This document shows positions 12,862 through 24,800 of a DNA stretch of 35,906 nt, in pieces (within the stretch, counting starts at the first letter, position 1; each line of letters opens with the position of its first letter). Position numbers and translations under genes: made by a program. This DNA comes from Bipalium vagum (taxonomy: Eukaryota). The stretch is from assembly GCA_037834085.1 (NCBI GenBank), contig JBBMKC010197275.1, forward strand, positions 1 to 35,906. Reading direction: 5' to 3'. The notes under the pieces were generated by a model. The model was not told the origin of the DNA. It made no database searches and worked only from the letters and a program-made list of their open reading frames with translations.

Positions 12862-15800
12862 TTAATTTGTGTTTAAAACGTCTTCATTTCTCCAAAAGGT
12901 AAAAGATGAATATTCCTGGGAATAGCTTAGCTCAGTATATTTAGATGGAAAGTATTGGTTGACCAGTTGAGTTAATGAATCGTATGTCTTAATGGAGTTT
13001 GAAAAACTTGATTCCAGAGCTTTGTTACTAAGTTCTCCTTTTTTATTGACCGTAAAAATTTTGCTTTCAGGAATGCCTACAGATCTGTATGTAATTTCGT
13101 CGGAAGGTTTATTTCCAAACCCTGCGTATAATGAGTTCTGACTTTCATCCAAAGGATAGAGAGATTTTAAGTCATTCAAACAGTTAATCTTAAATTCTTC
13201 AGGTGTTTTGTCAATAACCTCTCTAATAAAACAAAGAAAAATAAATCATAAATTCATTACAAAATACTTCTTAAAAGCTATAAATAATGAATTTGGAGCT
13301 AATAAAAGAGGTCCATCTGGAAGAAACATATCTTGTTGTTGAACATTTTGCAGATATTCCCTTGTTTGGTCTGCCTGTCCAATTGCCCTTGCACTTAGAT
13401 AAACAAAACGGAAGAAGTTAGTTTGGATGCTGTTATACAATTTCACTATTCCAGATTGTGTCCAGTCTAATCCCAACCAAGGAGCTAATTGTCCCCAGAC
13501 ATCTGATCTGAATAAAAATTAGGTTTATTAAAAAGAATACATTTGAATTAAATTTTCATTATTGAATTGATTGGTGATATCAAAATGGTGTTTGCATCAA
13601 AAACTCATGAACTTGTCTCCTGGAATTGACAACAACCAAGTAAAACTCAGTCAGTCAAATCGAGGGTAAACATCATACAGAATGACTTATTAAAAATACC
13701 TTGAATGTATTACCTATTTCTGATAAATAGATAAATTCTTTTTAAATTATGCTTTATATTTTAGTTTAAAAAGAATTTTTATTTCTAAATTGTTTTATTT
13801 ATTTATTAACACTAAAATTTAAGAATTTAATTTAAAATTAAAAACAATAAATAATCAAATTATAAAAATATAATTGTAAAGTGATATATGGAAATATATT
13901 AATTGGAACATAGAATATAAAATTTGAATATGTTAGATTATATAGAAAATATTTTAAATCACTAAATGTCTTTTCAATGTCGCATTGAAAAGTTGTTTTA
14001 ATGATTTATTTCAAGGTTGATTTTATTAATTCTTATGAAAAAATAGTTGGGCTTACCCAAGACATCCCCCGGGGAAAAATAAGTAACGAAAACCATAAAT
14101 AAGGTATAAATACTAATACTAATAATATTAATAATTAAAAATAATGAAAACCGAAAAGTAATTTAAAAATTTCTAGGAATTTTATTTTAGAAATACTTAA
14201 AAAAATAAAATAACCCTCCAAAAGTAATTTGTATTTTAAAGAAGCCTGAAAGAGGTATTTTAATAAATATTAGGGATCATAATAAATTAATTTTTAGGGA
14301 TTTCTTAGGGAATTTTAGAATTTTGATAAAATTTTTAGAATTTTAAGTACAATTCCGAGAATTTTTCCCAGATGAAGAGCAGTCCCAAATAGTATATAAG
14401 CAAAGGGATTTCAGTAGATTTTCACCCCTCAGAGAGCATAGTTTAATCAGACTTGCGACGAAAGAATCAGATTTGAGACGACAGATTAAGACTTACAAAG
14501 GATCAGATTTGCGACGACAGAATCAGATTTGAGACGACAGATTCAGACTTACAAAGGATTAGATTTACGACGACAGAATCAGATTTGAGACGAATTTAGA
14601 CTTACGGCAGATACAACCAAGTACTATTTTTCATTCCTGGCTATGCTTAAAATTCCCCACCAACGGGTTATCGGTGAGTAGCCGTTAGGGCTCAGACGAT
14701 AACTCGGGAGTTTTAGCACCAAATAAACTATAAGGTTTTTCTTTTTTTTTACTGTAATTTAAGTAACCATTAATTTTGATTAAGATAGAGTATATTAATT
14801 AGACTTTGAATTTAACATTATAATTACTTTTTTATACTAAAGAACTTATTATTTTATTAATTACTTTGATTGTTGTTCGATTACATTACATTTCGAAGAG
14901 TGGTTTGATTGTGACACATTTCAGACATTTATTGTGATCCCAGACTTGTGTATTATCTTTTTTTTTGAATTTCAGTATACTGTATTTTGTGTTGGTGTGG
15001 TATAAATACAAGTGTTGCTTTACTGATTGTTTTTTTTGCACCACCTAAGATTGGAAGTCAGGTTTAAATTTGATACTCTAAATATTGAACAAAATGAAAC
15101 TTACCATTCGAATTATATTAATAATAGAATGTAAAAATTAATATGTTAGAAATTTTATTGAATGGAAATTCTTTGCTCAATCAAATTGATTTGCTGCTTG
15201 CAATTTGTACTAGGTTTAATTTTAAGACAAACACCTCTTTTCTCAATTTCTAGTGCGAATGTCTAGTTTATAATATATATTGCAGTGGAGAAGACTTTTA
15301 TGCAGCATTAGGTTACACAAATTTTCCTCTCTTATTCTACATTCTAAAGTAAACAAATTAATTTTACCTGCATCTCCAAAATATTATTATTTTCAAAGCT
15401 GTGCTGCCAAATAAATGTATTTTCAGTTCATTTAGTTTTCAAACCAAACTTAAGATTATTAAACTAAACCATAATAAAATTATATATATGTATATGATAA
15501 CAATTTAAAGATAGAACTTTTTCTTTTAAGACATTTTGTAAAAAGTATTAATATATTATTATTAGTTTATTATATTTATTATTTATTATTATATTTATAA
15601 AATGTTTCATAATAAAAATGTTTCATAAATAAAATATTTATTATTATTTATTAATATATATTACAATATTGAAAAAAATTTTAAAATGAAAATAATACTT
15701 TGTGATTGTTCCATCAATGTCCGATACGACAATACGATCTGAATAATGCCACAAGTAAACTTTGCATCCTACTTTTATTGTTCCTCTGTATTTTCCAGTT

Positions 15801-18800
15801 ATAACGTAAAACAGTTCATTCACCCCTTCATTCAACTTCAAAAGTTTCTAACAATTTCCATTAAAACAATTCATTAACAATATTGGACAATTTTACAAGC
15901 TTTTCTTTGGGCAAAACATTGGTCTTCTTTATCCCATTAGTCGCAAAATGAATTGCAGAATCATCCACTGATCGAGGCGGAATATTGTTTGCAGGAATTA
16001 AATTATTGTTTGATTTCAGATCTAAATGTTTCAGTTTATTATCAATTTGACCACCATCTTCTTCCTTGTTTTCCGAAAAATAGATATCACCACTCAATGT
16101 ACGAATACGACAGGTATAAATATGACTGTGGTCTTCATTGATATTTATCACGTTGGTGGAAGACTTTTTATCTATATCATCTATACTTTCTTCGTTCATT
16201 GTTCCCCATCGTAACCAGGTTCTGTAGCTTTTTTGTATCTTCTTTTTTGAATTTGAAATGTCTGCTACAAAAGACTGCAATAATAATATAAATAATATCA
16301 CTATTTATAATAATTTACCCCAGATATCTTTTGATTATAGGCGAGTTGTGCTATCAGAATTATTGAAAATGTTTTCCAGTTCATGAACTTATTATTGTAC
16401 AAAATAACTAAATTTGGATTGTTGATGATTTCATATGGGTTTTTTGAAAATTCCTCAAAACTCAATAGTTGAGACACGAAAATGTCTAAAGATTTAGGAT
16501 TTACGGACGTTAAATTTTCAAAGCCTTCACAAAGGGATAGTTTGACTTCTCCAAATGCATCAAACCTGCAAAACAGGAATAATTTCGGAAAAATAGTTCA
16601 CTGAATTTTTAAAAAAATTTATTTAAAATTTTGAAAGAATAATGATTATTAGGTGTATCGGTAAATAAAGCAGTTTTCCTTAAAAACAGAACACGAAAAA
16701 TTCAAAAGATACAGAATATTTTATTCAAAGAAATTTTCCTTATTAACTACATATTTTTTCCATCTTTCAAGTAATTTGCAGATGCTGTCACAAAATAATT
16801 TTCTTGTTTGGAGTCGAATCATTCAGAGACCTATTTTTGGACATCTTTGTCAGTCTTGAAGTCATCATAGAAGTATAGTAAGTTTCTACAGCAGTTTTCC
16901 CATAATAAAATAACGCATCGTAACTCCCGCAAATGCTCTTTTCCAGGATTAAATTTTGTCATTCTTAAATCTAGGAAGATTTAAAATATTAAAACTCTAA
17001 TAATATTTATATGATTATCCTAGTAAACAATAGATATTAAAACAAAATACGATGTATAATCAATAAGATTTAGTTTATCTTTATATCATAAAAAGTAGAT
17101 TTAAAAATCCCCATTCTTTAACGGTACATCTAATAGACAATAATTAAGAAAATAAATAAATGAACTAATGATCAATGAAAAAGTAAAACTCTAGAACGGT
17201 ATTTCATAACATTGATAAGCTCAGTTTTAAAACTACCGTAATCAAAGTTTGTTTTAGTCTTAATAAATTATTGTTGACATAATGCAGCAAAAACTCAGTA
17301 ACTTTATATTTCCTTGAGGTTATACTATGTAAAAATGCTATTAAATTAAAGGTTGAGTTATTTCTAATGGTTAGAAATAAAATATTGTAATAAATAATTA
17401 AAATATAAAATATGATTAAATATAAAACAGTCTTTCTTAATAGCATTTCTATCTTTATGTAAATATTCTTTATTCTATGAAATGTGTTTTAGATATAATC
17501 AGATATATATGTCAAGAGTATAGAACAAAGAAGAGTCATTAATGATGACAACTACTTTAAATTCCTGCAAAATCTGAAGGACAAATATCAACATGGAAAC
17601 ATCATCATTATGAAACACAACGTTTTCTTTCATGTAGTCACATTTCCAAATTCTTTCTTAGACCAAAATGCAATCAAGCGAATCCAGCTTCCACTTTACT
17701 CTCCTGACATTAAACTGGTGGACCACTTCCTATTCCGAAATTTAGAGTCAAAGATAAGAATAAAAATATTCAAATCCGTGCACGAAATAAAAATGTTTAT
17801 ATACAGTTCTTCGGAGAGCGGACAACATACAAGATAATCCGTGAGTTAAACCGATTGAGAGGAGATTCGAACAGTACCATTTTGTGTCACATTAAATTGA
17901 GTATTGAAAATAAAATGTTAACCGATTTCTGGAATAAATGTATTTTTATAAACTCTGTGTTTTGACTTCTATAATTAATTTAAACAAAATTCCAAAAGCT
18001 CGCATTTATGGTAAGAGAGAAGGTCATCTATATAATCTAATTGGTTTTTCATGACATTACTTTTGAGCTGTTTTGTTAATAAATTTTAAAAATTAATTTT
18101 TTAATTGAATTGCATTGTTGAAATTGGTTTAATATTTTAAATGTTGGAGGTCAACAGTATGTGTCTGCTTAAGAGTGAAATTTTAAGACATCAATGATAA
18201 CTAATTTATTGGAAAAACACATTTCAACTCATTTTCTCTTTAAAAGAATCAATTGGAAATAATTGAAATAATTGTTCAGCATACTTCAGTTTTGAAAAAA
18301 TGAGATTTTACCGAAAAAAAATTTTTTAAAACTCATAACCTGAACTTTTTCCCCATTCGTTCTGGTAAATGAAAATATTAAAAAAATAATTATACTTCAC
18401 ATGATCGAGGTTTTATCTTACATTTGAATTAATTTGTTGTCTGTAAATATTTCATCAGAGCTTCGATAACCAGGATCGATCGGATCAGTTGCGTGTTCGA
18501 ACGAATCACTTAAACCATTTTTAGATTAAATTATTTTTCAAAAAATAAAAATTTTTACTTTTCAAAAAATGTGTTTGATATTGGACTTTGGTTTGATTCA
18601 TCTAAAATATCCGTGGCGTGATAAAGCGTTTAGAGTTACAAAACAGTTCGTAAAATAGTACATTATATTTTTTGATTATTATTAATGAAGACCACATTTT
18701 CAGATATCAAAATAATTAAGTACATAACTTGTAACAATAAAAAATAGAGAGATTTTAAAGTAAATTCCATTTTTACATCGCTTAACCTTTATTTCTTTTA

Positions 18801-21800
18801 ATTGTGGCCTCAAGAAAAGTACATTAAAGAAATATATTAAAATATATATATAAATAGAAATTATTTTTTAAAAAATTTCGTATTTAATTTCTGAGAGCAA
18901 TGATTCTAAAATTATTATTATGACAACCAAATAGTATTTTATTGCATTTATTATTATTTTTTTTTATTATTATTTAATGCACAAAAATGCATTTTCGTTT
19001 AAAAAATAAATTTTAAAGGTACAATTTTAAATAATTGCACGTAATAATTATTGATTTATTAATAATGATTTATTATAAATAATTATTAAGTAATTTAAAA
19101 ATAATTTTTTATATATTTTAATTTATGTTATTATGGTAAGTAAAATTAAATACAATAATCCAATGTCATGAAATGCACTTCAACTTCAATTCAAATCGAA
19201 AGAAGTATTTCAATGCTAAAAGCCATTTTTCAACCTTTTAGACATTAAACTAAGAAATCTCGGGAATTATTTTATTTATTTTTTGAACGGATTGAATATT
19301 ACCGTGCCGTGAATACGATTGTGTATTCAATATCTAATTTTTTATAAAATTTTTTTTTAAAATAGGTTTTGAAACTTTTTGCAAAAACTTTACAAAGTAA
19401 TTTCATTTTTTAGAAATATTTGCATTATTTTTAAGAAAATTATCACTTTTTTTCGAAAAATGTTGCATATTTTTGGTTGTCCTAATTATTATAATAGGTC
19501 AAAATGGCCTGCATAAGAAAGAAACAAAGAACTATTTCTATTTTCTACAGAGATTCCCTGTCCTTTTCTGAGGATCCTGTGTACTTAATTCACTTGCTCC
19601 GAAAACTAATTAACTGCTTTATGGTCTTCAATTTTATCACTTTTAAAAAATATAATGACATTGTTTTTACCCCAATAATATTATAAATTTTAAAAATATA
19701 TTCACACCGTTGTTATGGTTGTTTCTAAGCGATTTACAAAATTGACAATTCTAAGTAAACAAATGAATTAGTGTTCTTTAAACAAGGATTCCATTTTTAA
19801 AGAAATGGTTTAAGTTTCATAAGTAATCCATACATTAAGAATTTTTATATATTTTATTTCGGTTAATTTTTTTTCGATGCATTTATGTGATATATCTAGG
19901 ACTTCTGCCATATGATGTACAGTAATTAGGTAATCCGATTCGATAATTTCCCTGATTTGGCCATCAATATTTTCCAGTGGACGACTAGAAAGTAATTCGG
20001 CGAAATTTGACATAACAATTTTGACATTGTTTTTCTTTGAAAAAATTTTGTGAAGAATTGTTTTTTGAAAATCATGTATTTTTTATCGACTTGGTCAAAA
20101 AAGAGACTTGAGACGAATCACAAAAAAATAACAAAAGCAAATTATTTTCTTAAAGACAAACACAAATATTTAAAAGCACAAAAAATGTGGTGGACAGTTT
20201 GATGAACATAATTTTCATCTTTAGACAGTAGTGAATAGGCTCTCCATTCATCACCAGTAAAGTGGCTGATTTTCTGTCTCCTACTAACTTCAAAAATATG
20301 TTTGCATTCTTGGAGTAGTCCATAAGAAAACACTTAACTCATGATCAGGAGCACGCTCTAGGAGCATGAACATGGACCCGCCCATTTTTATTAGATTTTT
20401 CAAGAAAAAATCTCACACTGTTTCCTATTTCTACATAGAAATTTATAACGACAGATTTTGAAACTGACTTTTGTGATCTACCCAGGGCCCATAAATATAA
20501 TAAATGAACATATTTATTTATATGTATTTTGAATTTCTCAAAAAATGATTTTCTTCTAATCAAAAAATATCTATTGAAATTTATGCAAGTTTTCCTATAG
20601 CAGCACCATGAAAACACAGTGAAATTTTTGTATGTGCGCATTCCTTGAATATCGTGTCACAGTCATTGTATTTATTAAAAATCATTAATATTATTATTAT
20701 AAGTTACCTGATCCAAAAAACAGACTGTTTTCTCTTAAAAATCAAAATTGCATCGGATGGAACACTATGCTGTTTATTAATTTAATATTCATTTCTTTAT
20801 TATCTACATGAAAAAATTGATATCGGTCAAAAAAGAGACTTGATAGTCATTTCGGTCCAAAAAACATGATCCGAATTGTTTTGAAAATGACTGGTTTAAA
20901 CAAAAGTTAACAAATAATTATTTATCATCAGTTTAAATAAATAAAATAAACTAAAATCAGTTTAAAAATATTTATTAAAAAGTAATTTTTAAAGTATAAA
21001 ACTCTTCAAAAATTAAGTTATAAAAATCCGCAAATATCAATCAAATATAAATGTTCATTAAAAAAATAAACATTTTCACAGATAATTTTATATAAAATGA
21101 AAAAGTTTTTTATTAATTATATTTTATTATATAAACTTTTACTTGAAATGTTTTATTTAAGATTTTTAATTAATAAATTATTTTTAAATTACATTTAAAC
21201 TTTAAAATTTATTTTTATAAATATCATTACAATATTAAAACAATCTGACTAAAGAAATTTTTTGTTGCATCCTTTTAAACAACCATACACCTTCAAATTT
21301 TTTGAAAATTAAAAATATGAAACTTCCAAAGTGATTCGTGCTTTATTCGACAAAGAAGATAAAATTTTCGAAAGAAAATCAAACAGTTTTATTAATGATT
21401 AATTTTGAACATTTATAATGACTATCAAAAAATATTTTCAGTGAAATTTTACATTCAAAAACTTTTGTTGGAAAAAACAGCAGAATAAGAAATATTATTC
21501 AAAGTATTTTTTTGTTTTTATCATTGTAATTTTAATTAAAATTAAATGTAGTGTTCCTAAATCAAGTATACATAGTATCTTTCATCTTTAGCTTGGTCAA
21601 AGTTTAAATCATCGTTAGAATACAATGATAATGGGTACTTTTAACGAAAATTACATCTTAACCAAAATGTATTTAAAATAATTACTTTGGATAATATCAG
21701 AAACTTCTTCAGAAGTATTTCGACGTTGATTTATTTCATTAGATACAGTACCTTTGTCTTGATTACTGGATAATTCAGGATCTGCGTCCTTTTGAAGAAA

Positions 21801-24800
21801 AACCATTGTGTTATTTTGTCACAATATTAAAATAAAAAGCTTTTGATCATTAAAAAAAACTAATTTTAAGTATACTTTGTTAAAAAAAATAATTCAAATA
21901 TTATTATTAGAAAAATAAATGCCTGTGTTTTATTATTCGATGTCTTAAGTGGTTCTATGTTTAACTTTTGTAAAATTAAATATTATTAGTTACATCTTCA
22001 AGAAGAATTTCTTTAAAAATTTTAATACTTCTAAAGGAACAACGTTTATACGGCCAAGGAATCAGAAATATATAAAGAATAAAATAATTTTTCAGAAGTT
22101 TCAAATTAAAAGTGAAAATAACCAATGTCGTTGACAGAAATTCCCATTGACAATGATCAATTAAGCAAATTCGTTTACAGTAATCAGCAATGACAATCGT
22201 CATCGAGAAATTTAGAAAAAAAGTATGGCACAAATTGATGGAATATAAAACCAAGATAGTACAGTGGAGTTCGGCTACTTCGGTGACGTCTAATCCGTAA
22301 AATTTTTATAGTTCCAATTTTTAATATAGGATTTATTATTTGTACAATTCAGCCTAATCCGGATAAAAATTAATAAATAAAATATATAATAACATAAAAA
22401 AGTTGAAACAACATAAAAGAAATTTGACAGAATATTATTTAAAATTAAAATCAATAAAATAGATATAGTAAAGCTGCAATAAGTGATGATAATGAAAATG
22501 ATGTCAATGAACAAAATTTGGGGGAAATAATCCAATAAGTGAGAGAATATCATAATGAGTATGTTAAAGAATATTATTTTTTAAAAGACTCTCTTAATGA
22601 AGGTAGAAAAGGAAGTTATTTATTCATCAAAGCAATTGAAAATCACATCATACTTTGATAGAGTTTAAAATTTTATTAAATAAATATTTCAAAAAATATT
22701 TGGTTATTGTGAGATCCATATTATCATGGTTCAGCTAATCCAAATATCGCACACTCTGGAAGCAGAATTACTGTCACGGTAATCCGGATGAACCGAACTA
22801 CACTGTTTTACTTCTATGCAACATATACATAATTTCTCAATTAAGTTTTAGAGAGCAACTAGAACTGGATTTTACACGATAATATTTTATATTTGTCTTA
22901 ATGGTTAATTCATAACATGGTTTTATAATAATTCATAAGAGCTTTTTGAATCCTGATGAAACAATGATACAGATAAATATCTCCAGTATATAGATTAGAT
23001 GCACTCCAATAGATTATTTGTCTCAATTATTGGAGGCAATTTTAGGGTAATTATTAGTTCTATTTTAATTTTTGAACTTTCGAAAAATTAATAACCTTAA
23101 ATTCCAAAGACAACCCTTCCCTACCTAGATGAATTTAATAAATTATTCTCATTTCACTTCATTTTAACATGTCTATAAATGTCATTTTGAAAATGATATT
23201 ATTTTAACTAATTGTTAAAAATTATTATTATTAATTATAATTTTAATTAAAAAGTTGATGTTCGTTCAATTCGATAAAAATATGATTATAATTACTTCTA
23301 GTTCAAAGTAAGCCTGGCCCGTAGGTTCAACTCGCATATTGAGATCTTTAACGAATTCATTATTCAAATAAAGATCAACCTAAATAATTTTAAATGATAA
23401 AAAAATGCTAAGATCTGAAAAAAATTAATTATAATTAAAAAAATGCTGAAAATATTATCTATTTTAAATCTGGTAAATAAAATTTATTATCTTTTATATA
23501 ATATTTATTATTTATATTATTATATTATTTTAAGTATAATAATAATAATAATAATTTTTTTTTTAAAAAAAAATTTCAACATATGAAAGTGAACTAAAGT
23601 TAACATTTTGTGAATCCCGACACAATTACTCATACACAGGCAATTGAATCGTACTATGCAAAAGTAAAATACATCATAAAATAAGGGGGAAATAAGTAAT
23701 TTAGAAAAATATAGGAGGTAAAAAAGTAATTGATTTATTCTGGGAGGGAAAGGTAATTGATTTATTATTATTAAAGGTAATTGATCCCAATAGTGTAAAT
23801 AAAATAAAAAATTTGATAACATTTTGTTATTCAATAAATTCTTTGGAAATCACTCATTAAAAGAACGAAAACCTATTAGTTAATTTTCTGAGTTAAAACT
23901 ATCGTACCTAAATCATTATTTCTTCCAAGAAAAAATTTTAATAAGATAAAATATCTGTTAAGGTAAAAATGATTAGAGATTCACATCATAATTTAAAGGA
24001 AAATAAGTGAACTGAAAAAAGATTCCTCAAGTAAATTATTTTATTGTTTTAATTTTAGAAATTAGTCTAATTAGAGGATAGAAATCCAGGGTATAAATAG
24101 TACATATCATTTCAGTTTCATAGAGCAAGACAAATTTGTTTCGTTGTGACAGAAACAGGTAAGAAAAAAACTATTTCTACAGGGATATTATTGAGTTCTT
24201 TGCTTCAACTAAAATAATTACGTGTCCTTAATTAAGGAAACATATGGAATCAAAAAAATCTCTGGTTTATTGTCCTTATCAATTGAAGTACAAAATATGT
24301 TTTGTACTATTTTATTATTTCTCGTATAACTTTGAATCTTTGAACTACATAAACCCAAAAACTAATATTGATTATTATTATTGATTATCATCACAGATCT
24401 CAACTTTAATTTCGAAGACTAAAATTTTTTATGTTCATGATTTTAAATAAAAATCATAAAACTCAAGATTGACCAAACCACTTACGACATAAACTACAAA
24501 GATTTTTAATATTAGTCTTATGAATAAAAAAAAATAACTTAAAATCAAATTTATAAAAATGTACTAATATCAAAAATATAGTTCTGACAAAAAAAATTTT
24601 TCGTGTCATGTCCACAGATTATAAATGTCAACTTCATTCTCTGATGTCTGACTCTACAAATTCATTTCGATTCTGTCTACCGATATACCGCAGTAAATAT
24701 TATAATATTTATTGTTAAGCGTAAATTGTCTCGACCATCAGTTCAATGCCAAATTTTATTGTTATAATATATACACGGCTTTGTACAATCAAAATTCTTC

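Noticed and set aside
14445-14610. CRISPR-like array
   Set aside because: Units are contiguous tandem repeats with no unique spacers, no cas genes are present, and the array lies inside a eukaryotic LTR.
14645-14717. Hammerhead ribozyme, SECIS element or spliced-leader RNA
   Set aside because: No CUGANGA plus GAAA core on either strand. The TGA is Watson-Crick paired rather than in a GA quartet. GCCGTTAG is too short a match to a leader and no Sm site follows.
15953-16214. Plus-strand 62-aa ORFs
   Set aside because: Antisense shadows of a lipin exon. The same applies to 26441-26644, and 1347-1532 shadows CLIP1.
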